From NCBI RefSeq assembly GCF_963676685.1, contig NC_092346.1, positions 25,916,001 through 25,980,000 of the forward strand: a stretch of DNA of 64,000 nt. The letters are read 5' to 3'. Under the pieces are notes generated by a model, which saw nothing but the letters and a program-made list of their open reading frames with translations, had not been told where the DNA came from and did no database searches. A program made the position numbers and the translations under genes. Position 1 is the first letter of the stretch. Each line of letters starts with the position of its first letter. Positions 22,941 to 36,300 of this stretch are shown in pieces. The stretch comes from Mytilus edulis (Eukaryota).

Positions 22941-23735
22941 TAATCTGTCAATTCATGTATTTGGCATTTTCTCGGACTGTTCATGATGTCTTTACACTAC
23001 ATCCATTGGATGTTGGATGTGAACTCGACTGATTGATATTTTAGTCTAAGATACATTTCTTTTATTAGTTGTTTTTGGCTTCAAAATAGATGTCAGTAAC
23101 TATGAGTATTCCCAGTTCTGTACTTGGTGTCTCTTTGCTGTTGCGATGTACAAATGTCACGTCCACTCTGTGTTTTGTTTTTGTATCCATCTAGTGATTT
23201 GAGTCTTTTTCAACATTAATTATAGCTTGTCTTATGCTGTACTGTAACCCCAATGTCCCAGTTTCCAGGAGGGTTGATGCCTTCAAACTAGCTTAATCTG
23301 ACAACAATGTATAAGTGCCTGTCCCAAGTCAAGAGTCTGTAATTGATTGGTTATTGGGTTTTTTTATTGCTGTTTTTTCATATTTGTTTTATGTTTCTTG
23401 TTTTGCATTGTTTGTCCTTATGCTGTACCATTACACCACTGTCCCATGTTAGGGGTTTGGCGTCAAAAAACTAGTTTAACCCTGCCTTATGCCTGTCCTG
23501 AATCAAGAGCTTGTAATTCAGTGTTTGTTGTTTGTTGCTGTGTTACATATTTGTTTTTCGTATGTTAATTTGTTCAGAAATGAGGCTGTCAGTTTTCTCG
23601 TTTGTATTGTTTTACATTTGTTATTTCTGCCCTTTATAGCTGACTATGCAGAATGTGTATACTCATTGTTGAAAACCGTAACTTAGTCTCTTTTTGAGAG
23701 TTGTCTCATTGGCAATCAGACCACATCTTCTTTTT

Positions 23736-24290
23736 ATAAAATTGAGAATGGAAATGGGGAATGTGCCAAAGAGACAACAACCCGACCATAGAAAAAAACA
23801 ACAACAGAAGGTCACCAACAGGTCTTCAATGTAGCGAGAAATTCCCGCACCCGGAGGCGTCCTTCAACTGGCCCCTAAACAAATATATACTAGTTCAGTG
23901 ATAATGAACGCCATACTAATTTCCAAATTGTACACAAGAAACTAAAATTAAAATAATACAAGACTAACAAAGGCCAGGGGCTCCTGACTTGGGACAGGCG
24001 CAAAAATGCGGCGGGGTTAAACATGTTTGTGAGATCTCAACCCTCCCCCTATACCTCTAGCCAATGTAGAAAGTAAACGCATAACAATTTGCACATTAAA
24101 ATTCAGTTTAAGAGAAGTCCGAGTCTGATGTCAGAAGATGTAACCAAAGAAAATAAACAAAATGACAATAATACATAAATAACAACAGACTACTAGCAGT
24201 TAACTGACATGCCAACTCCAGACTTCAATTAAACTGACTGAAAGATTATGATTTCATCATATGAACATCAGGCACAATCCTTCCCGTTAT
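23736..24290 (+). repeat. Interspersed repeat family B (ataaaattgagaatggaaatggggaatgtg...); class uncertain
   Basis: Shorter copies at about 17334-17432(+), 48176-48292(+) and 38040-38095(-). Confidence 0.7.
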
Positions 24291-25346
24291 ATTTACAATC
24301 CTATTAGGCTTTAATTCCACTTCATTGATAATAATTCAAAAAATATCTATAGAGATTGTTACACTAAATGCCATGCAAAAGATGATGAATAGTATTAATT
24401 TTTAAATTGCTAAAAATTGTCCAAATTTAAGTTTTTGAATCATTTTATCTTAAATTGTGCATAATTTGAATTATTCAAAGTTTTCTTTGATTTAATCTCT
24501 AAAATACTTAAGGGAAATATTCTTTAAGCTCAAATTAAAAGAGATAAGATTAATATCTCAAAAAAGATCAATGATTTTTAGATTTTAAGCTCAAATAAAG
24601 GGAGATAAGATTAATATCTCCAAAAAAAATAATTATTTTAAATTATCTCCCATGGAAACTTCTGAGAAGGTATAGTTCTCCTACTCTTGAATATTCAGTA
24701 TTGACTGCTGTTTTTAGAAGTAAATATCACACAGTAACTGCATAAACATTACTTTACATTATGATCTTATGAAGTAAATTTGTTTGTAGATTTCCATTAT
24801 AGAAAAGAAAACAAATGAAGTATACAGTGTATTAAAATAAGAATATCGATACTAGAAAAAAAACCAAGACATTTTGAATGATTTCACATTAGAAAAAGAT
24901 TAAACACTTTTACAAGATATATGTCTCCTTGTTTATTAAGCAAAAAGGAAAGATTTAAAGGACACATGCTTTATAACTAATATGGCAATCAACAATAAAA
25001 AACTGAGTGTGAAAAACAATTCACATTGCATTCTTAATAATATTACCACAGACATGACAGAGACAGGAAAATACTTCTGTCAGATTTTTTTTTATAACAG
25101 TAATGTCTTTCAATGTGACATCCAAATCTTTAAAATTATTCTTGTTTACTGCAATATTTCAAATTTTCCATTCTACATTTTTTTTTCTTTTTTTTTTTAA
25201 ATGTTTAACATTCATGATACTAACAAAACATTGCATTGTAGTTTTATGATACATTCACAATAGTTAAACTATGAAAAAAACAAGGTGATGAGTACAAAGC
25301 TGTCTAAATATCATTTTTTGTTCTCTCAATGTCAGCCATTAGGATT

Positions 25347-27180
25347 TCAAGAACTGTCTTTATGATCTAACAAAGCCGATCGGATTCCAATTTTCTGTAA
25401 TTCATCCACAAGTTCCCCATTTTTGTGCATCTCCACCAACACATCAGAACCTCCTATGAATTCACCATTTAAATAAACCTGGGGTATGGTTGGCCAGTTA
25501 CTGTATTCTTTTATTCCTGGAATAAAAAAAAGATTAAAAGTTTAAAACCATACATATCATTTTGCATATAGTTATGTTAGTTTGATGTCCTGGCAACCAA
25601 TCACAGACTTTCTGAGACAACTTAACTAGTCTTTTTTTAACAACTAACTCATATGTTCCTGCATATCTTTTTTATGACTAGAAAAGATCTTTGATATTAT
25701 TGTTGGGTAAGGTCAAAAGAGCTACATGTATAATCTGACAAATAAAGATGAGTGGGTCTGTCCTAACATAAGCATGATAAAAATTAAAACCAAAGAAAAT
25801 CAAAGTGATGATCATGGTAATTATTTAAAGTTTGCCAAAAGATCAAAGACATTGCCACAAAACCCATACACATTGTAAAACTGTATACTTGAGTAACATG
25901 ACGGACTATGATAATTATAGGTTTCTCTGTATGTTAAGATACCAGACTTCTTTAACTTTCACATCTAAAAGAACGGATTTTTGCTGCTTTCATGTCTTTT
26001 GTGGTAGAGCAGTATATATAAGGTACAAATGTATTTATATTATACATGTTTATATACATGTACTTTGGATATTATTTCGAAAGCAGTTCAGCATTCTTAT
26101 TCATTATACATGTAATACTGCATCTGAAGTATTATACATGTATATATGTCATACATGTATGTATTAGAGCAATCTTTTTTTTCTGTATATTATATTTAAA
26201 GATGTAGGAAGATGTGGTATGAGTGCCAATGAAACAACTCTCAATCAAAAATAACAATTTATAAAAGTTACCCATTATAGGTCAAGGTATGGCCGTTAAC
26301 ACAGAGCATTACAAGAATAAATTCCTAGGAACCCTCAAATCATATTTCTCTATTTTCTTATAAAATGTATAGAATGAAGTTCTGTTTAGAATCATTGCTT
26401 TTGTGAGATTTTTTTTTAATGAAACTTCAAGATAAAGAGGTATTTCAATCTTTCTGTCACTCTGACTTTGTGTTAATAAAAATAGTTGTAAAAATGCGAA
26501 CCAACATGACCAAGCTAAAGTGTTGTTTTATTTGACTCTATCCTTCTGTCCTGGTATCAGTTAACATTAGTACGAGATGAAGTAGTGTGAGATTTCGATT
26601 GTTGTCGTAGTAAAGCGTAGTAAAACACTACTGGTCCTTGAATAACTTACTTTATTTTTTTATCAATTTTAATTGTTGCATAAGAATGTAATACAAAAAT
26701 TCTAAATTATTGTTAAAATCTTCTTCTTCTTCTTCTTCTTTTGTTACAGAAAACCATAAACGTACTGATGTTTACTTTCCGGCGTATGCCTGGTAAATGT
26801 TTTTTTAATAAATTTTAATTTATGTGAATAATTTTTGTCAAAACATAAATTAACAAAATATTTCTTGTTTAAAGTTGTTTTTGGTCATATATTTTCGTAT
26901 TTTCAAATATACCTTGTCTCAAACTTTCGTCTTGAAGAACATTATGTGCTTTAAATTCAACACCATGCATATTTAGACACTGCACTGCCAATCTGCTAAA
27001 GCCACACATGGGCTGATCAGGGGTGCCCTTCATGAATAAAACAACTTTTTTGTCTTTGACAAGACCGTCAATGTGTTCTTTGCTTCCAGCATTTTGTGAA
27101 TAATATGCAAGAAGACGACAATATGTTGACCTGTTCTCAGTATTCAACAAGGACACTGTAGATCGTAGTAGTCTATTCAT
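25347..27180 (-). CDS. GLRX5: Glutaredoxin-related protein 5, mitochondrial (monothiol CGFS glutaredoxin), 145 aa
   Basis: Exon 1 27180-26913 (MNRLLRS...[17 protein letters not shown]...LRQ) and exon 2 25516-25347 ([25 protein letters not shown]...[10 protein letters not shown]). GT-AG phase-1 intron; Arg/Leu/Ser-rich N-terminus resembles a mitochondrial presequence. Confidence 0.96.
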
Positions 27181-27301
27181 CTTCAAGCTTATGCAAGGAA
27201 AACTAATTTTAGCAAGTTCTTTTTATTCTTTCGGCACCCTACAAAGATTTCAAAGATAAATCCCGAGAGTCCATGAAAGCGGTTCCGGTGTACACGAAAA
27301 C
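27181..27301. promoter_or_regulatory. Putative bidirectional promoter between GLRX5 and the ankyrin-GH20 gene
   Basis: Divergent ATGs at 27180(-) and 27302(+); ETS-like CCGGAA on the minus strand at 27283-27288. Confidence 0.65.
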
Positions 27302-30300
27302 ATGACAGAAAAGTTAGAAATAATTCAACAACTTCACATAGCTGTAGAAAATGACAGAACAGATATTTTACGAGCTTTTATATCAACAATAGAGCAAAGT
27401 ATGCATGTTATGATAATCGTCAGAGGGTGGATTCAAAAGTTCTAACATAGCACCAAAATTGTTCTAAAAATTATAACAAACTTTTTTTATAGGTCCAATT
27501 GTAATTTGTGTTTCCTAACTTGGAAAGCTACATTTTTTGCTCTGAGTTAATGAGCAGTGTTCCAGCTAGGCCGTTTTCAGAGGGCGCGGCGCCCGCCCTT
27601 TTTGGAGTGGCGCCCTGTGCCCTTTTTACAGTTTCCAGGGCGCCCTGCCTTTTTTTGAAGATCGATTGCATATTAATTTGCGTATTGATATGATACGCTA
27701 ATTACTAAATTTTACCTGGGGAAAAGATTATGACTTTGTTTACCACCCCCAGCTAATCTATGGTTACAACTGGTGTCATAATCTGTTGTTATAGGTAATC
27801 CGTTTATCGGATGGGTCATTAATGATCATCAACATTAATTCGTTCAAATAGAATCGGTCAGTCGGCAATTATCTTTGAAGAAATGTGCATACAACAACTT
27901 GGGCACAATTTGTGATGTTTACCGTAGTTTCATGGAAGAAACGTAATGACAGAAAGTTGGAAAACCATACACCTTATCACTATTTGTCCGCCATTGCTGG
28001 ATATCACACAGGTTCCCGTAAAATGTTGACGTCATAAAACAAAATATCTGACGCCACAATGGAAAAGTGATTGTTGTTGACGTCAAAAGTTCAAGCGGCC
28101 GGGTCAGCCGGGATTAGCGATAAGGTGTATTATAAACTGGTTGAAGACATTGTTTTACTTGTTTTCTGTAAAATAAACAGAAAATTCAGACGTATTTGTC
28201 ATTGACTGCCTTCATTTTTGATACGAAAATAACAAAATCGGCCACCATATTGTGATCATATTTACATCATATTTACGTACTGTTTATAATCCTCCAAAGA
28301 AGGAGCACACCCGAATATAGAAAGATAACTCAATCTGATTTTTTTCCTAGCATTGAGTAACCCATTTACATATTCTAAAATGTGTCTCCAAACATGTACT
28401 TCTTGCTTAAGAATATATATGTTTAGGTATTTATTTTGAGTTATGGGAAAAGTTAAAGAGGGTCTTAGTAGCAGTGTTGGTAGGGTGCCTTGGTCATCTT
28501 TTTTCTGTATTCTTTATTTTTGATACTATTTTTCACTGTTGCTTTATATCCTAAAATTGTGAATTTACTGAGCACAGCTGTTTTGTGCAGTATTGCCATC
28601 AAGCACAGCAGGGGAAGAAAGGTGAAACTGGTAAAATGTGGTAGACCATAGAAACAGTATGAAACTGATCTCCTTTCAAAACATACTGCATATAAAGTTC
28701 AACTGTGCCAAGCAATGATAAAAAAACTTGTGTGACAAGCTGCTTGACAAGTTTTTCAGCCTTAAAAGTAGAAAGATAGAGTTCTATATGGGCTAAAGAT
28801 GTTGTTCTTGTATAACCTGTGATTCAACGAATAAACACAAATGTTTGATTAACATCTTTTATTAAAATATGCCCTTTTCATATTATCATATCGCGCGTTA
28901 AATGCCCTTTTTCAGGATTGGCACCCTGCCCTTTTGAAAACCTAGCTGGAACACTGATGAGGATTCAAAGCCGATATGTCAGTCACAATGCTTAAATGTA
29001 TGTAATTAGGTCACAGCAGGAACATATATATATTGACCGGACTTGACACTACCAAATAATTTGCAGCCGATTTTATTGTCAGGTCATAGTTAATAAAGAT
29101 ACAATACTGAATCAGACATGTGTTAAAACATACTCGCTATTATCCTAATAATTTCTGATAATATCAATAAAATGTATTTCAAACTAGTTTGATAGTGATT
29201 GCAGTGTATCAAACTTGTATTCTGTCACTTCAAATTTGTTAAAATCACATTCATTTAATCACAGAATGGTAAAGAGAGCATACAGGGTCAAAATAAAATT
29301 GCTTGGATTGCATTCCCAAATTTACAAACCATTATTAAACACTTCACATCAAATAAATCAAACTAATTTTGGTCATTTTATATGACAAAGTATATCTACT
29401 TTATGATAAAACTTGTACAATTTATATACGATTAGAATTATGTGGTTAATTTATTGAGCAGTTCCGATAGTTATTCAGTCGGACGCTTCCAAAATCCATC
29501 AATTTCGCCAAGTCTGGGAGTCAGAAATTTTATCAATTTTATACTGAAAAGCGTATCAGATTAATTTCTTGTTTAAAGATTTAATGTTCCCAGGTTACAG
29601 CTACATTTGTACCTTCCAATTGTCCAAAAAGTAATTGATGATAAAGGCAGCGTTTTCACCACAAAATTTAACCTGTGCATCCGAGAAAGTATTATGGCAT
29701 GGACATGATGGATGAACCCAAATACGTAAAATTTATATGCAATTTATACTTCAGAAAAATTGAAACCTTCCTCAAGTTTTATGTGTATTTTTTTCTAGTC
29801 TGCATAGTCTTTTAGATGGTTAAAAAGATATAAACACTTGCATTTCAATTGATTCTGTCTACCATTTTTAATCGCCTATTGTTTGCAGACATCTTCATGT
29901 ACATGTAATATGTCTATTGTCCTGTATCGTCTATATATTTAATGTTTATCAATACAATTCACTCTATTTATTATTACAATATGTAGAGGGTAGTTCTGAA
30001 ACATCTTTCCCAACCGGTCCAACAATTTACAGAAAAGAGCGACGATTTACAGAAAAGAACCGAAAAGAGCATACATATAAATTATTATTTAATATATATA
30101 CACCAATTTTTCCCCCTCGTAATAAAGGAATGTATAGTTCAAATTTATTTTGAACGTTTATAGGGATATGTAGACTTACAAAAAAAGTTAGATTTCCCTG
30201 AATCAGATTAAGGCATTTAAATATTTAATAAAAAAATCAAAGCGTCATTTTCTTGCTTTAGAAAATAGAATTGTAAAAAACATTTGAATAAAATTTCAAT

Positions 30301-33300
30301 TCCTGCTACATGTAAACCATGGCAGACTTTAAGATGTTCCTGGTTCCTTTCAATTTCTTAATTCAATTTACGGTATAAAACGTTGGGCTACATGTGAATA
30401 AAAGGAGATAAATCAATAAAAAAAAATACATCATTATCTACATATTATAAATGTTGTGCACATCACAGTCATTTCATTTCATATTTCAGGAAATATAGAT
30501 AAATGAATAGCGCACCCGCTTTCGGTATAATTGATAACTGTTTACTCTTTTATAGGTATAGATTAAAGGGTGTGAAAAAGTTAATGGCCTGTTGATTTCT
30601 AATAATTTTATCTTATAAACCATTTAAAACAGCTATGTACATTAGCGAAACGATGTCAGATGGTGATAAAATAAATGTTGGCCTGTGCTAGTATATGTAT
30701 CTATTGAGAAACTTGTGCATGGAGATAGCGGGACTTTTCCTTGAAGAATTCAAATCCTTGACAGGTTTAATGTGTCAAAGTAACAATTAATGTGTTTTCA
30801 TTTAACATGTAAGATCAGGGTAGGAATGGGGGTACCTTAATGACGTATAATGGTAAAAATTCTAACCAAAGACGTTAACGATAATTTTTAGTGAATGACG
30901 ATAACATGTACACTTTCTTTTAGACGATAAAAAAATCAGCTGAATTTGACAAATCACGCTATTTTTACCCAAAAATAACGGTAACGATAATTATTTAAGA
31001 CATCGGACGAATCACGGTAAAAAATTATACATTTGACGCTTACGGTAGCCGAAAATGACCGTTTGACGCCTGACGGTAAAGGGCATTACCTCCCTCATGT
31101 AATACACAAACACAAAAAAAAGAACGAAATATTCGTATTTATTCAATAACTACTGTAAAGTTTTCCGTCACGATATTTTGTTTTATTTTGTTTTTTGTCT
31201 GATTGTACGAATGTCCGTGTTATTATATATTCACTGATGAATTGAATATATATACACATTCCAAAAAAATATATATAAGGAACTGTTGTAATGTTCGAAA
31301 TGAATTAGCGACAGAGATTGGACAAAATAATGACACTTAGCTTATAAATACAATTAACGTAGAACGATTGTTTGACAGTAATGAATAAATATCTTATATG
31401 TTCTTGTCTGTTCTATGTTTTCTATTCCATAAGTTAGGCATCCGACCCTACCTATAATTTTTCACATGTACAGTAAGTTATTATATGCAGTCCTGTCGCA
31501 GTATAAGGTTTAAAAACCTAATGATAAACTTTTGTCAAAAATATCCTTTCATTTTTAATAGACTTAAATAATTTGCAATTTGCTAATTTTCTTCGATTAC
31601 AAAAAACGTTGATCTCCTTTTCGGTTCTTTTCGGTCCTTTTCGGTTCTTTTTGGTCCTTTTTGGTCCTTTTTGGTTCTTTTCTGTAAATCGTCGCTCTTT
31701 TCTGTAAGTTGTCGAACCCTTCCCAACTTTTTATTTTTTTTTGCAGGAACAATTAAAATACACATAAAAATCTGTTCAGTTTTTTTATATTTTGAAAAAT
31801 GTACTTAAATTTTATTCATCGTGGTCCAGCCATGCCTTAAAATGTTTCACAGGTTTTTCTATACTCAGAGTATAATTCAGGGTGTAAAATATACAGCCAT
31901 ATTTGAAGAAATGTTATGATGAACCTTAACCATTTATTTCTGTCCTCGGGTCATCTGGTATAACTCATTCATGAAAAACAACTCAAGATTTGTCAATATC
32001 ATTGGATTTTTCATTTTTTGTCTTGCCTTCATGTTGAATAATATTTGATAAATTTCTGTGAATTTTCAATTTATGTAGCAAAAATTAGGTATTTGATTTT
32101 TTTTTTAAATTTGAGGATGTAATTATCATTTTCATAAATTTTCAATTAAGAACATGAATGGAAAGTTTAAAACTTATTATATATTTATGATTTATATATA
32201 ATTATTATTTACAATTTATTTTAGATGATGACCATCATCAGGTGATATCAAATGTACTGAACAATTGTTACCATGACGATGGCACATTACTTCATGTTGC
32301 TTCAAAGGTAATTTATTTAGTAATGCTGTCAAGGTATATTTGTTTCTTCTAACAGAAGTTCCCCTGGAACCTTTGATATAAACAATACAATAATATCTGT
32401 CCACTTAGAACTTCTGTTTCATGACAACACTATGTAAATCTTACTTCTCCGATATTATTACATTGTATTATCATGTAACCTTTAAGGGTTTGACTTAGAA
32501 AAAAGTTTTGGATTGATGAATTATTCGTGTAATGTTGTCAAAGTAATCAAGTAATCAAGCTTAGGGCTGTTTCTAGGGAATTATATTGTGAAATAACAGA
32601 TGATTTCTGAAATGATTATTTGCCATTAAATATGAAATAAGAAAATCATCTATGATTGTCAATGAAAAAAATACCTTACAACATCGTCCAATTGAAGTGA
32701 ATACGAGAAACTATAGGTCACAGTACAGTCTTTAACTATCAGAAACAAAACTTTGCCATATAGTCATAAAACCAACAGCCTGATCTATGACAAAATAATT
32801 AATCAAAACAAGATATGCCCTTTTCAACAAGCAATAAGTACAAGCTCTAGGACTAGAAACTTTTACATGATATTTCAAGATGGAAGAAAAAATAAGGATA
32901 AACAAAATTCTCTAATCTAAATGGCTGATATTTTTCTAGTCACAAATTTGCATTATATATATGATTTATAAAAAAAAGATAAGATAAAGGAATTTTGATT
33001 TAAAATCTGACTCTTCCAAAACAAATCATGAGAAAAGTATGCTTGTGTCTAGAGAATAAGAGTTGAAAAAGATTTTGTCAGACTACAAGTTCATTTTTAA
33101 AACAAATGTTTAATGAGATCATGTCAAGTTACAAAATACATTTAAATTTGAATTACAGCTAGGAAAGATAGATGTAGTTAGGACCTTATTGTCATCTGGA
33201 AGTGATCCTGGTATCCACAACTCCTATGGTAAAACAGCAGTGGACTTAGCAGCAACACATAATATTACAAAAGTCTTTAATGAAGAACTGTTACAAGCTG

Positions 33301-36300
33301 CAGCACAGTCTAAGTATATAAACAATTTAACTTTAAATCCTGAACAATATTCAAGCAAGGCAATCCATTAAGGTGGTACATAACACTACAGAGAGAGAAC
33401 TCTGTAAAAATTAGCTAAACTTTTAATCACATTGTATTGTTAAGGAAATATTAAGCTTCGCAATGACCATAATAAGTGTTTGTCAAACTGCTATATATGG
33501 AATCATTTTTTCCAATAATGTATCTGGTTCAAGATTTTGAGATTTTGATATTTTTGTTAAACACGTCAAAGGGTCGAAGTAAATATTTTGTCAAAATTTT
33601 ATGAAAATTAAACAAATTAATTTTAGTCAAGGTGTTTGGTACCACCTTAAATTGTATTTTATATGCACATTTGTCTGTTTGTACATAGTAAATTTTATTC
33701 ATGATCATGATGTCATGTAAAAAAACAAAAATTGTTCTTGTGGAATTGGAAACAATTCTGAGGTAAAGTCTTCAGGAGCTACATATCTTTAAACAATGTT
33801 GATTTTATTATTTAAATTTTTGATATCTCTCTTGTCTCTTTTATAAAACGTAAACTTAACTAACCCGTTGCTAGATTTTTTTTTATTACAAATGTAGTAT
33901 GTTGTAATTGTTTCAGTGTTGGGAGAATTTGTCAGTTACTTGCAGCAGGAGTAGATGTAAATTTGTACGACAGTGAAGAAAGTAAAAGTACTCCTCTTCA
34001 CTGGGCTGCATCATTTGCAAACAGGGATATCATCCAGTGTTTATGTGGTGAGTTTTGAGCTTAGTTTAAGGACAAATGAAATATATTGCATTAGCTTTGT
34101 TTATAATGCCACCAAGTGGCATTATGTTTTGCAGTCTGTGCACCCGTCCGCTTGTTTGTAAGTTTGTTTGACTTCAGGTAAAAGTTTTTGGTCAAGTAAG
34201 TTTTTGATGAAGTTTAAGTACAATCAACTTGAAACTTAGTTCACATGTTCCCTTTTATATGATCTTTCTAATTAGAGTTTAGAAAATGATAGTGTGAGTA
34301 GGGTATGTGTGTATTATCGACACATTTTTGTTTTAACTTAAAATTTACAAGCTATTTGAAGGATTAAGGATTTTCATGAACTACATGACTATTTGCTAAC
34401 CACAAATATATTTTCAATAATAAAATATCCATGAAATTACAATTTTCCATGGAATAAATTGATATTTCTTACTATGTTTATCAGATATTCTGAGTGTTTT
34501 TTATGTTTGCTAGACTACTTAATTAAAAATGTTATTGTCTGCTTAAAATAGCTAAATATTTCATATGTCTTCATAGCAAGAGGTGCTGATGTGAACCAGA
34601 TAAACAGTCAAGGTTACACTCCATTACATGATGCCATTAAGAGAGGAGATGTTGAGGTCATCACAGAGTTATTGGCATATGGTGCTGATTCATCACTTAA
34701 TGTCACAGCTGGGTAAGTCACAATGGCAACAACTAATCTTTTCAATTTTTCATGTATGGCGTATGCATTGAAAACCACATTTTGTGTGAAAAAAAGAAAA
34801 CTATACCATAATATGCTCTCAGATAAGACAAGAACAAATGGTGTCATCTGACTCGTTTTTTTGCTACACAATAAACTAGGGAAATTCACAACACATTCTA
34901 TTATAAAAGTTACTTAATCTTGAGTTATATTGGAATCAATTCTCATTAATTGCTTTATTTGTACAGTCTAACCAAGAAAGACTTCTTGCAGGAAACTATA
35001 CTATTTAGATGGGTATTTTAAAAAGTTAGTTGTATTTACAGTAAATATCATTATGACGTCATATATAAAACACACCTGATTCAACCAGTTATTTAAAATT
35101 CTTTGGATTGTCTATTACAGCAAAGATGAGGGGAAAACGTGCAAAGATCTAGCTGGAACTAGGAAAGAAATAATCCATGCCTTAGACAATCCTCCACCAC
35201 TTATAAATATAGAAGAAGAATTTGGTAAATTGCCAGTCTTATGATTTTATGCAAATTGAATTTCTTATTTTTTTAATTGAAATAAACTATATCTATTGAG
35301 AAACCTACAACACACAAAAAAAAGCTAAAACAGAAAAGTTAGCAATTGTGTTGGATTTTTTTTTCATCTATTACATGTAACTTTAGCACCAAGACAGTGA
35401 AAGTTGATTATAATTGTCATTTCTGTACAGAATGTTACAAGAGGGGATACCTATTGCATTTCAACTGATTTTAATCCATGCATTTTAGTTTCAAGCTGAT
35501 TACAAGACTCGTTCATCCTTAACTTTGAAGTTTTTATAATGTAAAAAGATATATATTTTTTTTTGAGATTATGTGTACAAGTAACCATTTTTTTAAATTT
35601 TTGTCATTTCTGCAGATTTAGGAAAGCTGTCTTTGAAAACTGACATTGGAGCTAGTACCGAAACAATAGGAATGAATGGAACAGCAGCTAATGGATCAGA
35701 ACCAGGATCTCCTGAACTTAAAACTCCTACATTTATGGTAGGTACTGCAGATAGCCATGATTGGATGAAGATTGATTGAATGGACAATACAAACTTAAAT
35801 TGGGAGCATACCAGTTAAAACTTAAATGGGTTTTGAAAAATTAAATTTTCAATTTCAATGACTAAAGAATTATATATGTCATATAATGAAACTGAACAGA
35901 AGATTAAATTAATTTTTGCTTTATACCTGCATAGTTTTTGTTTTAAACCTTAAAAATTCTTTGTTTAGCTCTTTTAAGATAGCATCAAAATATATTGACC
36001 CTATAAAAAAAATGCTTGACACATGAAAGATTTCTTGTATTTTATGGAAAATAATGATGGGAAGTTGTCAACATATTATCTGGTAATTAAATATGAAGAC
36101 AAATTAAATCACTGTTACTTTGAAAGGTTACATAAATTATAGAAATGTTTTTAATTTTCCAGAAAACTGTATCATTTGATGACATGATCCAGCCACCACA
36201 CCCTGTTGTTACTGAAGAGAAACTAAGCTTGTTATGGCCACAACCACAGAGCATGCTGCAGCAAGAAACAAAACCTTTTGTCATCCGTCATCACCTTCCT

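Noticed and set aside
26869-26912. C-terminal tail [13 protein letters not shown] and N-terminal MK of the track's GLRX5 ORF
   Set aside because: The tail is intron read-through past the donor at 26912; the track starts at a TTG, and the first ATG is at 27180.
28954-28980. CTGATGAG...CCGATA resembling a hammerhead ribozyme core
   Set aside because: It arises from the TIR/TSD junction, has GATA rather than GAAA, and lacks stems I and III.
29917-30153. 78-aa ORF as a candidate extra exon of the ankyrin-GH20 gene
   Set aside because: It runs into a transposon TIR, and exon 27302-27398 already joins 32225-32307 in phase.
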